From: a virus
IMG/VR virus record: IMGVR_UViG_3300009514_000374
Coordinates: 77,008-141,007 of that record
Direction: 5' to 3' (one strand)
DNA length: 64,000 bases
Part shown: positions 19,901 to 28,626 of the stretch, piece after piece
Numbering within the stretch: position 1 is the first letter of the stretch
How the letters are laid out: the number at the start of each line of letters is the position of its first letter
Notes under the pieces: generated by a model
Told to the model about the DNA's origin: nothing
The model's input: only the letters and a program-made list of their open reading frames with translations
The model's database searches: none
Program-made: the position numbers and the translations under genes

Positions 19901-20928
19901 ACATCGCCGTGGACGAAATGGCCTTCATGGATGCCGTGATCGGGGATGCGATGGAGGCCGGAGGCAAGGACAAGAGCGTGATGAATTTCCTCGACCCCAA
20001 CGAGCGCGGGAAATTCATCAAAAAACTCACCGAGAAGCGGTCAAAACACTCCAAGGGGTTTCTGGAGCTACTTAAAAACTTGGGAAGCAAGTTTCAGAGT
20101 CTCAGACCCACGAAAACGGCCGACCAAAACTCGGGTTGGGGAGTTTCAAATCTACGGTCGGAAGAATTCAAAATTAAGCTCCGCCAGGAAAACCTGCGTG
20201 GTGTCCTCAATTTCGTGCAGGCGGAATTTGGGGAACTGCCAAATTCGCCTGCGGTACTCGCAATTCAGCGGTTTTTGGAAACTGGAAATCCCGATTTCCT
20301 GAATTCGGAACCCGCAAAGGGCGAGTTTGGTCAAGAGGACGAGAATTCGGGGAAAAAATCGTCCTCCAAATTTCAATCTTCCCCCTATACCGGAGCACTA
20401 CTAAGTGCAGGGCTCGACGCCTGCGCTGGACGCTCCGTTGCGCCGTCAAGGAGAACACCAATGTCAGAAGCTCTAAAGCAGGCGAAGCTGCTCACCTCTC
20501 ATTTCGACAACGTGGCCGAGCTGGTTCAAAAGAACGCGGCCCTCTTTCAGATTCCCGAGAAGATCGCGTTCGACTTTGCGAAGCGCTGCGATCTGATTTC
20601 GGATCATCTGGAGAAGCACGCTGGTCAGTGGACGATGGACCCCAAGGGGAATTTCAACATCGGCCCCGCTCAGCCCTTCAATCCGGCTGAGATCGGCGAA
20701 CAGGACGCGACGCCTCCCAAGACGGAGCCCGACGAGCCGTACATGAAAAAGAATTTCATCCAAGAGGAATTCGATGAACTGCGGGAGGTTCAGCAGACCG
20801 GCGGTTTCAGCAACGCGCGTGCAGCGGCTCAGGTCAACGCGACCTTCGCCAAGATGGCCGCCAAGGTTGCTGAGCTTGAGGCCAAGCTCGCTGCAAGCGA
20901 GATCCCGACCGCTGACACCGCCGAGTAG
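16960..20928 (+). CDS. DNA topoisomerase IB catalytic domain fused to a long helical extension; probable nested gene from 20461
   Basis: Catalytic pentad in order: ERVGN (R), YVGKS (K), AKDLR (R), VGH (H), LRSQY (Y), within the first ~270 aa. Confidence 0.85.
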   Translation: MSAARIAALHMAKARYKDKKVVKDSDGKDMTVYEYSDRQVSKRNNDKADRVQKLRSLRSDLVKRVKKDYKAKDLKTRLTALAVGLIDHTYERVGNDESAGEGHFGVTGWLVKHVSFSGGKATIRYVGKSAVKQTKVVTDPGAVKLLKEAVKGKSPGDQIFTCDDAGEKVCVTSAEVNAYLPEGITAKDLRGLHANEEMLVKLKAQRKGPLPSDKKKREKKLKDEFKRALEETAKVVGHEPSTLRSQYLVPAMEDAYMKDGTVIDKLNEKRSSLEAAWDHLATKTDEEKKDEDADKNVRKDPKKKPPRYDLRDNKIHDPDLNGDPDMKDEAKADKDPDLSLNYKRVARRFFARKTSPTESGAKALWERHKQKSPGTKLNWQDFFERKDKGTIQEVRDAIKPKDKPKDEPAKPKKPKAPEDEGEAKEKPEDEDKAKKKPAEGEAPTEDPQAEQAAKEKEHKERVQSAVTDSAQAYDSVFGGGRVQVPREVSRYLPQALSNMTPEQVESFNQATQQRAQAMQNEGLRGENVVERAERTLDDYSDEQIENISDPARLAQVVADLTFSEHVLSLDKKRQKGVKRALSKAFDQIEKQLQKETKDGRYRLPSEIRRTISDQMGSLEPDQIQQFVQGVTENLADNATKYDDSDESVERAQGDLEEFSELIEGVSDPNVMAQEVASQIRAKRVVEKHKLKQGDRKRAMRKVNQALARSMGVLVSELPRDLRGKLDAAMEHMDPSDVLSVSEAVTDEAGKLMARYGENPEDPGLLAEAVQMASVDKLNTTDPRTLAQQAALLLMAHGKLASPFEVGGTEVSNVQKSPEELKARGQAAFDKFAALPQELRDTAAKDLHRRIKATKKDTPEHAELNRILDGLALAAWTDPENERIPSIPGRATSARFVEIAKAMRADGKIHELLDAATDQNSSAAIGSMRDAMARMSDDSLIRAMKDSQPELAKALEDSMAGGIEAQYLTSEKTEILRDVMRDIAVDEMAFMDAVIGDAMEAGGKDKSVMNFLDPNERGKFIKKLTEKRSKHSKGFLELLKNLGSKFQSLRPTKTADQNSGWGVSNLRSEEFKIKLRQENLRGVLNFVQAEFGELPNSPAVLAIQRFLETGNPDFLNSEPAKGEFGQEDENSGKKSSSKFQSSPYTGALLSAGLDACAGRSVAPSRRTPMSEALKQAKLLTSHFDNVAELVQKNAALFQIPEKIAFDFAKRCDLISDHLEKHAGQWTMDPKGNFNIGPAQPFNPAEIGEQDATPPKTEPDEPYMKKNFIQEEFDELREVQQTGGFSNARAAAQVNATFAKMAAKVAELEAKLAASEIPTADTAE

Positions 20929-20932
20929 GTGC

Positions 20933-21493
20933 ATGAAGCACGAGGCCGCCACTCGCTACCAGGAGCTTTCCACCGAGTATTCGGTGGGCGATGTCGTCCA
21001 ATTGTTGGAAGGCTCGCTCAGCGATCGAGGGAGAGTGGTGCAAGTGTTTCCGGCGATCGGCATGGTGGACGTGGCCCTCGGCGGGACAACCACACGGTTT
21101 CCCGTCGAGGATCTGCTTCGCCTCAACCCCGAAGAAATGGCCGAGGTGCCCGCTGCTGTGGAGCACAACGAGGTTCCGGGGGGTGAAGGGACGGTTCCCG
21201 TTTCAGGCGGCTCGACACGCGGCACTCCCATCCCGAAGCACGGTTCCGTGCTGCGGGTTGCGGAGGCGTTCGTCAAGAAATCGATCTATTGGGCCAGCCG
21301 TGACCGGCAGTACCGCGCCACAAGGGGCGAGATCGAGTCAGGCGAGTATGGCTGCCCCAAGTGCAAGGCTGCCGCGCTTGCACAGACGATCTACAAGCGC
21401 CGTGAAGGCAAGAGCGCCAGCCTGATGTGCTGCCCTTCGTGCCTGTTCACGATCAAGCGTGAGGATTTCCTGCCAGCGGAGGGGGCTGCCTAG
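20933..21493 (+). CDS. Hypothetical protein, SH3-like + Zn ribbon
   Basis: YSVGDVVQL..GRVVQV; CPKC..CPSC; ATG 20933 after GAGTAGG. Confidence 0.6.
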   Translation: MKHEAATRYQELSTEYSVGDVVQLLEGSLSDRGRVVQVFPAIGMVDVALGGTTTRFPVEDLLRLNPEEMAEVPAAVEHNEVPGGEGTVPVSGGSTRGTPIPKHGSVLRVAEAFVKKSIYWASRDRQYRATRGEIESGEYGCPKCKAAALAQTIYKRREGKSASLMCCPSCLFTIKREDFLPAEGAA

Positions 21494-22948
21494 ATGGCTT
21501 TCCTACGCTACGCGCGGGCCAAGGTCGTCAAGCCCCACTGCTCTGGACAGCGGTGGCGCAGGGTCCGTACTGCCTCGACGGCAGCGCCCTCGGCCAACCT
21601 GATCACTCAGGCCAACGAAATTCTCGGCTCGGAATTCGACCCGAGCAAGTATCTCCTGACCCACGCGACGATCGTGTGCTCGGTGGATACGTCAGAGGTT
21701 CCAGGGGTCAAGACCGGCTCTGTTATGGATCCCATGACGGGCAAGCGGGTCAACCGCAAGTGGGCCAACTACCGCGTTGCTCCCGAGTGCGACCAGTTCA
21801 TCAACAACAACAACGACTGTTGGGACCGGGGCGTGCTGCTCAAGAGCTATCGCACGTTCGTCGGCGCCCACAACTTTGTTGAGCACGTTCAGATCGAGGA
21901 ACAGTCCAAGGGCCGGATCATCGACGCGGTAGCCCGCGACATCGGCCCCTCGGTCTACACGGACATCCTGATTGCCACCAGCCGTGACCACACCCAACTG
22001 GTCAAGGACATCGAGGCAGGCAAGATGGCTACCCTCTCGATGGGTTGCTCGGTCACTGAGACGATCTGCACGAAATGCGGAAACGTCGCGGCCGATGAAA
22101 CCGAGATGTGTAACCACATCAAATACGAGAAGGGGAACTACTTTTTCGATGACCGGGGCGGCAAGCACCGGATTGCCGAGCTTTGCGGCCATCCGAGCAT
22201 CGACCCCAACGGAGGCGTGACTTTCATCGAGGCGTCGTGGGTCGCTACCCCGGCGTTTGGCGGTGCGGTCATGCGGAACATCCTCACGCCGAGCCAGGCC
22301 GTCGCCGACAAGGCAGCCAAGGTTCTCGCTTCGCCTCCGCCTGAGTGGCAGGACGGTGGAATCGACAAGGCTGCGCGCATCGTTCAGGTGCCCGCTGTCG
22401 TGGCCGAGGGTGAATTCGATTTCGGGGACGAGGGCGAAGGCGAAGGCGACGAGGGCGGTGGCGAAATGCCAGACGCTCCGGCGCAAGAGGCTCCCGCAGC
22501 CCCCGAAAAGAAGGACCAACTCCAACAGCTTGAGGACGAGATGTACTCGGAGATGGCTAAGCGAGTGAAGGATCGCATGAAGCGTGATCTCGCCGGTCCT
22601 GAACCCTCCCTGGGAGAGCCTTCACACTCAACTGGTGAGGACGTGATCAAGCAAGGGCGCAAGAAGCAAGCGTATGCCTCTTTCGTCAACAACTTGGTCC
22701 GTACCGCAGATTCCGATGCAGCCCTGATCGATGGGCTGGCTCGGGCTAATCAGCAAATGGGAATTCAAATCGTCCGCGACCTGTACGTGGCGTCTCTCAA
22801 TGTAGGCGCCACGTCCGAGTACGCTTCTTTGGTCGAGTACGTTGGCGCTTGTCGCAAAGCGCTCGGCCGCAAACCAACTCACGGAGAGGCTACACAAATG
22901 GTGCGTCTTGGGAAGCTCCTCTCCAAGTGGAAACAGCAACCCAAGTAG
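21494..22948 (+). CDS. Prohead maturation protease (HK97/assemblin fold) with Zn-finger insert
   Basis: NFVEH..KGRIIDA (His), LSMGC (Ser), CTKC..CNH, FIEASWVATPAF; upstream of scaffold and capsid genes. Confidence 0.85.
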   Translation: MAFLRYARAKVVKPHCSGQRWRRVRTASTAAPSANLITQANEILGSEFDPSKYLLTHATIVCSVDTSEVPGVKTGSVMDPMTGKRVNRKWANYRVAPECDQFINNNNDCWDRGVLLKSYRTFVGAHNFVEHVQIEEQSKGRIIDAVARDIGPSVYTDILIATSRDHTQLVKDIEAGKMATLSMGCSVTETICTKCGNVAADETEMCNHIKYEKGNYFFDDRGGKHRIAELCGHPSIDPNGGVTFIEASWVATPAFGGAVMRNILTPSQAVADKAAKVLASPPPEWQDGGIDKAARIVQVPAVVAEGEFDFGDEGEGEGDEGGGEMPDAPAQEAPAAPEKKDQLQQLEDEMYSEMAKRVKDRMKRDLAGPEPSLGEPSHSTGEDVIKQGRKKQAYASFVNNLVRTADSDAALIDGLARANQQMGIQIVRDLYVASLNVGATSEYASLVEYVGACRKALGRKPTHGEATQMVRLGKLLSKWKQQPK

Positions 22949-22969
22949 CCCAAAAGGGAGAACACGATC

Positions 22970-24262
22970 ATGGCACGTCAACGCCTTACTCAGCAAAGCA
23001 AGAACGCTTCTCCGCCCCCGCAGATGCCTGCGAACGATCGGACGGAGAAATCAGAACACCCCGCCGCGCAGCCCGATCCGGGCAAGGACGACTACAAGAC
23101 CGGCGACCCCTCCACTTGGGCCGAGGACGTTCACCCTGGCCCCTACGACACGAGCCCCGCTCCGGCGACTCCAGGCTACGACGAGGCTGCGGATCATCCC
23201 GCCGCCAAGCCGGGCAAGCCCATGAAGGCGTCGGACGAGGAAGCGTATCGCAGGGCGACCGAGAAAAAGGCCGCCAAGTGCATCCGTATCGCTCAGGCTC
23301 TCATGCCCGAGGCTGCGGTGTCTGCGATCGAGGATCAAGCCCTCGATTTCATGGACCTCCCCGACAGCCAGATCCACAACACCCTCGATCGCCTTGGCCT
23401 TACGGCTGCTGACGACGAGGACGAGGATGACGACGAGGACGAGGGCAACGGCAAAGAAGCCAGCCACGCTCTCACCGCTCGCCTCGACAAGATGGAGAGG
23501 ATGCTGACTCGGATCATGGAAGCCGGGAACCTCTTTGCCGAGAACGGCATGGACATGGATCCCATGGACGACATGATGGGCATGGACGAGGGCATGGACG
23601 AGGACGCCATGCTTGAGGAAATGCTGGCCGACGACCATGCCGGCCGCCCTCCGAATGACGCTCAGTACGGATACGGAGTTGTCGGCGAGGACGACGACCC
23701 CGAGGTCGAGGAAATGCTCGCCGAGATGATGGGCGGCCACTACGCTGGCGAGATGCCCGAGGGCCTCAAGAAGCATCTTGAGGAAAAGGAAAAGGGCAAG
23801 TCGGACGACGACTCGGACGACGACTCGGACGACGACAACGGCAAAGAAGCAAAGGCCGCTGACGACGACGAGAACGGCGACGAGGACGAGGGTGACGACG
23901 AGGAGGGCAAGGAAGCCTCGATCCAGATGCTCTCCGACGAGCAAGACCCGATGGGCCTGATGGACCAAACCCCGGCCGGCGACGACGACCTGAGCGTCCT
24001 GTACGAAAAGTTCGCGGGTGACGACGAGGACGACGAGGACGAGGACGAGGACGACGACGACGATGGAGACGAGGACGAGGACGAGGCCGAGGCCAGCAAG
24101 AAGGCCAAGACCAAGACCGCCTCGCTCCGTCCGCAGCCCAAGAAGCCCTCCAAGGGACCAAAGAAGCTCGGGCAGGTAAGCAAGACGGCATCTTCGGAGG
24201 TCGCTGAGCTTGCTTCCCTCTGGAAGACTGACCCGGACGTTTCGTCCGTGTTCAACGGGTAG
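22970..24262 (+). CDS. Probable capsid scaffolding protein (very acidic)
   Basis: Long D/E tracts; lies between protease and capsid genes; GGGAG RBS. Confidence 0.7.
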   Translation: MARQRLTQQSKNASPPPQMPANDRTEKSEHPAAQPDPGKDDYKTGDPSTWAEDVHPGPYDTSPAPATPGYDEAADHPAAKPGKPMKASDEEAYRRATEKKAAKCIRIAQALMPEAAVSAIEDQALDFMDLPDSQIHNTLDRLGLTAADDEDEDDDEDEGNGKEASHALTARLDKMERMLTRIMEAGNLFAENGMDMDPMDDMMGMDEGMDEDAMLEEMLADDHAGRPPNDAQYGYGVVGEDDDPEVEEMLAEMMGGHYAGEMPEGLKKHLEEKEKGKSDDDSDDDSDDDNGKEAKAADDDENGDEDEGDDEEGKEASIQMLSDEQDPMGLMDQTPAGDDDLSVLYEKFAGDDEDDEDEDEDDDDDGDEDEDEAEASKKAKTKTASLRPQPKKPSKGPKKLGQVSKTASSEVAELASLWKTDPDVSSVFNG

Positions 24263-24279
24263 TTCCTATCCGTTCCAGG

Positions 24280-24310
24280 CGCTCCCACTTTTTCACGAAA
24301 AGTGGGAGCG
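24280..24310 (+). other. 13-bp perfect hairpin after the scaffold gene (terminator-like or processing site)
   Basis: CGCTCCCACTTTT-tcacg-AAAAGTGGGAGCG; no downstream U-tract. Confidence 0.55.
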
Positions 24311-24318
24311 GTCCTCGG

Positions 24319-24346
24319 TAAAGAGCCAATAGATCCGACAGATAGA
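24319..24346 (+). promoter_or_regulatory. Candidate late promoter of the capsid operon
   Basis: TAA-N5-CAATAG-N8-GATAG, matching a motif repeated before other virion-type genes. Confidence 0.55.
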
Positions 24347-24457
24347 TAGAAGGGGGGAGTGCGGTTGTCTCAAAGGTGTCCATGGTGGGCACGAACCGTC
24401 CCCCGGATCGATCACCAGCCCTTGTAAACAGGGAGTAGGAAAGGCCAAAGGAACAAG

Positions 24458-25120
24458 ATGGCTCTACTTGGACAAGCGAGTGGTGGTTTCACGGAGTCGT
24501 CCTCGGCTCTCCGAATTCTGCACGTCGGAATTCGCAACACCATCGGGGTGTTGACTGAGGACAGCTTCACGCAGACCAACCCTCCCCTCACCACGGCGGC
24601 TGCCGACATCAGCACCCAGGTTGACACCTCGGTTCTCGGTGTACTCAGCGGTTCTGTCGCCTTCACCCGCAACGATGCGGGATCGAATTTCGTTGGCGGG
24701 CCTGCCGAGCCCGGCGGCGCTGCGGCTTCGCAGATTCGACCCCTCGGTTGCTTCATCAACACGGCAGTTGGCAACGCCTTTGAAAACCAGCCTGGCCCCG
24801 CAAGTGGCAAGGGTCCGTATGTCTCAGGACAGGGAACCTACGGCAACGGTCTCTTTGAGACTCAGGTGATCGAGGCGGCTGCGGGCGCTCTGGCTCAAGG
24901 AGACGATCTCGTCTACTCGACCGGACAGGAGCTTATTGCATCGCGCAATGGGTACCTGATGCCTCGCCTGACCACTCAAACCGGCGCTGCGATCGATCTG
25001 GACCTGGCGGCTCACGCCCTCCAGCCCGCGAACGGCGCTCCTGCTTCCGATCTGATCGGTGTCCTCAAGATGCCGCCGGACGCGGAGATGAACGAGTTGG
25101 TCTACGACCAACGGATCTAG
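24458..25120 (+). CDS. Probable capsid decoration/cement protein
   Basis: 220 aa immediately before the MCP; PLGCFIN, ASGKGPYV and IGVLKMPP are typical of trimeric decoration proteins. Confidence 0.7.
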   Translation: MALLGQASGGFTESSSALRILHVGIRNTIGVLTEDSFTQTNPPLTTAAADISTQVDTSVLGVLSGSVAFTRNDAGSNFVGGPAEPGGAAASQIRPLGCFINTAVGNAFENQPGPASGKGPYVSGQGTYGNGLFETQVIEAAAGALAQGDDLVYSTGQELIASRNGYLMPRLTTQTGAAIDLDLAAHALQPANGAPASDLIGVLKMPPDAEMNELVYDQRI

Positions 25121-25130
25121 GAGTAGAACG

Positions 25131-26003
25131 ATGACCGTATCTAACGCTACCAAGCAAAAGATCATCTCGGACTACATCAAGACTCCGACTGGTCGCGCCA
25201 AGCTGGCTGCCTCGATGACGCAGCCTCTCCGCACCCGACGTGACTACACGTCTGTTGGGCGCCGTACCTTCCTTGTCGAGCAGTTGCCAGATGGCGCGCT
25301 CCCGATCTACGACAAGGATCCCGATGTCACGGCCTACGTCGTCGGCGAGGAAGGCGAGAACATTCTCGCCATCACCAAGCCACGTCGCGTGATCTTCCCG
25401 CTGTTTGAGATTGCCTCCAACCCGGAGATCCCTCTCACTCAGATCAAGGAGCGCAGGTTCGATCTGATCGAGCGCGCGCAAGACCTTGCTCGGGCTCAGA
25501 TCCAGGCCGCCGAGGACGAGCGTGTGTTCGCTATCCTCGACGCCATCGCAACTGTCGGTTTCGATTCGCTTCCGGGCGGACTCAACCCCGACATTCCGGT
25601 TGTCGCTCCCATCTCGGGTGCGGTGCTGGCTGACGCCTTCTCGCTCATTGAGCGCCACGACCTCCGGGTCGCGCGCGTCTACATGAACGCGAGGGACTAC
25701 GCCGACATCCGCAAGTTCGGTCGGGACATTCTCGACATCGAGAGCCAGGCGACGCTGCTCAAGACTGGTCTGCAAGCTACCCTCTGGGGTGCCCAGATCA
25801 TCACGAGCCGCCTCGTTCCGGTCGGCACGGTGTACGTCTGCTGCGAGCCCGAGATGTTTGGCCGCATCCCGGTTCGTACGGAATTGACCGTCTTGAGCGC
25901 GGACGACCCCCGCGCCCGTACCATCGGTTTCTCGGTTTTCGAGAACCTCGGCATCGGCGCCTACAACCCGCGCGGCCTGACGCGTCTGACCATCACCCGC
26001 TAG
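25131..26003 (+). CDS. Major capsid protein (HK97 fold, encapsulin-like, no delta domain)
   Basis: GRAKLAASMTQPLR..DY..VGRR..VEQLPDGALPIYDKD, FDLIERAQ, LWGAQII; AGGAG RBS; strongly biased codons; terminator follows. Confidence 0.88.
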   Translation: MTVSNATKQKIISDYIKTPTGRAKLAASMTQPLRTRRDYTSVGRRTFLVEQLPDGALPIYDKDPDVTAYVVGEEGENILAITKPRRVIFPLFEIASNPEIPLTQIKERRFDLIERAQDLARAQIQAAEDERVFAILDAIATVGFDSLPGGLNPDIPVVAPISGAVLADAFSLIERHDLRVARVYMNARDYADIRKFGRDILDIESQATLLKTGLQATLWGAQIITSRLVPVGTVYVCCEPEMFGRIPVRTELTVLSADDPRARTIGFSVFENLGIGAYNPRGLTRLTITR

Positions 26004-26023
26004 TCGTAGCGAGTGACGGAGAG

Positions 26024-26057
26024 AAGCCCGCCCGGCGAAAGCCTGGCGGGCTTTTCA
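26024..26057 (+). terminator. Rho-independent terminator
   Basis: AAGCCCGCC-c-GGC-GAAA-GCC-t-GGCGGGCTT followed by TTCATT, after the MCP. Confidence 0.85.
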
Positions 26058-26111
26058 TTGGTTCTGGTCCGATGATTAGGTTTTTGCCGGCCCGTTCGGT
26101 AACATGCCGTC

Positions 26112-28604
26112 ATGTCGGAACCGAGTGGCGAAACCGAAGCGAACAAGCCCTATGCCCTTCACGGGAAGCTGACGGTCGAGAAGCTGCGTGAGATGTACGA
26201 GGTCGAGCTACTGACCGACCAAGAGATTGCCGACCACTACGGGGTTTCAGATGCCGCTGTGAGCGGCCGGAGGAAACGGGCAGGCATCGCTACCATGTCG
26301 GCTCGGCAACGCCGTGAGCGGAAAGCAGGGCGCTCGGGACCGTTCCTAGACGACCTGACTCCGACCGAGCTTGCGGACCTCTATAGCCGCATGGGTGATC
26401 GGCAGATCGCCGCGACGTACGGGGTCAAGAAACCTGCGATCTCCAGGCTCCGAGACAAGTGGGGGATCGGAGCTATCTCCAAAGCCGAGCGTGCGACCTC
26501 CAGGGAGCCTCTGACTGACGAGCAAAAGGAGATCGTGATCGGGGTGATGCTTGGGGACGGGCACTTGCTTTCGCGTGGAGTGTTCAAGGTCAGTCATTCG
26601 CAGCACCAGTACGAATACCTGTGCCACGTCCACGCGGCGCTGTCCTCCATCGCCAAGCCACTCTACTACGACGAGAAGGAGATGGCCGAGTCGGGAGAGC
26701 TTTGCCCTGGCTTCGGGTTTCGCACGGTTCAACATTCCTGGCTCAAGGCGATGCGTCGCCTGTTCTATCCCGAGGGCGAGCGGGTGTTTCCGGCCTCGGT
26801 GCTGGATAACCTGACGGAGCGTTCGCTGGCCTACTGGTACTTTGACGACGGCTACGAGAGCGATGGGTTGCCTCGGTTCGCCCTCGGCAAAATCTCACGT
26901 TCCGCAGCCGAGGATGTCGTACAGCGAATCGGGAGGCGCTTTGGGTTCAAGACCTACGTGGGGTCGCCGGTTCCGAATTGCCAGATCATGTCGATGCGGG
27001 CTGTGTCGTCTGAGCGGTTTTTTCGGATAGTCGTGGATTTCGCGTCGCCGGATATGCTCTACAAGGTCCCTGAGCGGTTCTGGCCTGCGCACGCTCGGCC
27101 TACAGTGAAGGTCAGGACGGTTGACCCGATCCAGCTTCCCAAGGAACTTCGGGGGACGGACCCGAGCTTGGAGGATGGCCTGTTGGCGTTTTGGCGGAAG
27201 CAGGGGTTCCCCTACCACGTTGCTCGGCCTGAGCACCTTCGTATCCTGGCGAATCTGGAGGCGAACCAAGTGCTCCAGGGGGACTCGCTGAAAATTCGGC
27301 ATGTTGGGCAGTCGTCGTGCCAGGCTTTCATGCCGCACATTTGGGAGGCGCATAGCTTTGCGACACCGAGTCCCAAGGCACTGTTCGACAACGACGACCG
27401 GCTGCGGGAGGTGATCCGGCGAGGGCTCGCTGCGGGCATCGTGTTCAGCGCGGCAGGAATGCGTCAGGCTTTGAGGCGCTACCGTCTTACGAGCGTCTAC
27501 AATTTCCGCCCGGCCGTTGCGAAGGTCTTGGTCGATCGGTTCTGTCCGAGTGGGGGGACGGTTTTCGACCCGTGTGCGGGTTGGGGTGGCCGCATGTTGG
27601 GCACGTTGTTGTCGAGGGCGAACGCTCGTTACGTCTGCTGCGAGCCTAGCTCCAAGACGGTACGGGGTCTGCACGAAATGAAGATGTGGGTCGAGGGGCA
27701 TGTAGTCGGTGCTGCGGATCGGGTGACGATCAACCCCGTCCCTGCGGAAACCTTCGACCCTCCCGAGGCGGATATGGTGTTGACCTCGCCGCCGTATTGG
27801 AAGCGGGAGGTTTACGCGGACGAGGACACACAGTCGTCGGCTCGCTACTCGACCTACGAGGCATGGGTCGATTCGTTCCTGCGGCCCATGATCGCTCGGA
27901 GCATCGCTGCCTTGAAATCGGGGGGCTGGCTCGTCCTGAACGTGGACGATTTTGCGATCGGGGAGACTAAGTACCGCTTGGTTCAGGACGTGAAGGACAT
28001 CGTAGCGGAGCACGGGCTCCGCGACCCTGACGAGTTTCGGTATGAGATGCCGTCCTTCACTACCGAGGACAACTACGAGCCGGTGCTGGCTTGGCCGAAA
28101 GGGTTGGGCGTCGAGACTGCTCATTCGGATCCGGTTGCAGTTGCGGTCGGACAGCCTGAGCAGAAGGTCACGGCTCGGACGCCGCTGGCGAAGATCTGTA
28201 TTCAGTGCCGGAGGCGGTTTGAGACTCTGCGCGCGGACACGAAATACTGCTCGGATGCGTGCGGCTCTCAGTACCGGAAGCAGAAGCGCGGCGGGAAGCC
28301 ACGAAAGACTCACCGGACCATCCAGTGCAAGGCGTGCGAGAATTCGTTTGCGATTCCGTTGACCGGGGGAGTGCCCAAGCACTGTCCCTCGTGTGCGATC
28401 GACATCGCGGAGAATCGTGAGCTTGCGGCACGGACCAAGGCGTGTGCGTACCGCCACTGTGGGCGCAAATTCTTGGATACCTCGACCAAGAACATCGCCA
28501 AGTTCTGCCACGTCGAGCATCGACGGCGGGAGAAGCTGTTTCGGTCGGGAAGGGCGGCAGACCTGTCGCATTTCCGCAACCCGGACCCGGTGCTCGATCG
28601 GTAG
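26112..28604 (+). CDS. Fusion: HTH repeats + LAGLIDADG endonuclease + amino-DNA methyltransferase + Zn fingers
   Basis: IGVMLGDG and LAYWYFDDG; FDPCAGWGG (motif I) then TSPPY (motif IV); several C-terminal CxxC pairs. Confidence 0.82.
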   Translation: MSEPSGETEANKPYALHGKLTVEKLREMYEVELLTDQEIADHYGVSDAAVSGRRKRAGIATMSARQRRERKAGRSGPFLDDLTPTELADLYSRMGDRQIAATYGVKKPAISRLRDKWGIGAISKAERATSREPLTDEQKEIVIGVMLGDGHLLSRGVFKVSHSQHQYEYLCHVHAALSSIAKPLYYDEKEMAESGELCPGFGFRTVQHSWLKAMRRLFYPEGERVFPASVLDNLTERSLAYWYFDDGYESDGLPRFALGKISRSAAEDVVQRIGRRFGFKTYVGSPVPNCQIMSMRAVSSERFFRIVVDFASPDMLYKVPERFWPAHARPTVKVRTVDPIQLPKELRGTDPSLEDGLLAFWRKQGFPYHVARPEHLRILANLEANQVLQGDSLKIRHVGQSSCQAFMPHIWEAHSFATPSPKALFDNDDRLREVIRRGLAAGIVFSAAGMRQALRRYRLTSVYNFRPAVAKVLVDRFCPSGGTVFDPCAGWGGRMLGTLLSRANARYVCCEPSSKTVRGLHEMKMWVEGHVVGAADRVTINPVPAETFDPPEADMVLTSPPYWKREVYADEDTQSSARYSTYEAWVDSFLRPMIARSIAALKSGGWLVLNVDDFAIGETKYRLVQDVKDIVAEHGLRDPDEFRYEMPSFTTEDNYEPVLAWPKGLGVETAHSDPVAVAVGQPEQKVTARTPLAKICIQCRRRFETLRADTKYCSDACGSQYRKQKRGGKPRKTHRTIQCKACENSFAIPLTGGVPKHCPSCAIDIAENRELAARTKACAYRHCGRKFLDTSTKNIAKFCHVEHRRREKLFRSGRAADLSHFRNPDPVLDR

Positions 28605-28626
28605 CTTGTTGGAGTAAGGATCCCTA

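Noticed and set aside
23795-24090. GACGAG/GACGAC tandem arrays (also 43122-43170)
   Set aside because: They encode Asp/Glu tracts in proteins; no repeat-spacer structure, so not CRISPR
25131-26003. Cellular encapsulin operon
   Set aside because: Terminase, portal, protease and scaffold in the same module show it is a phage capsid
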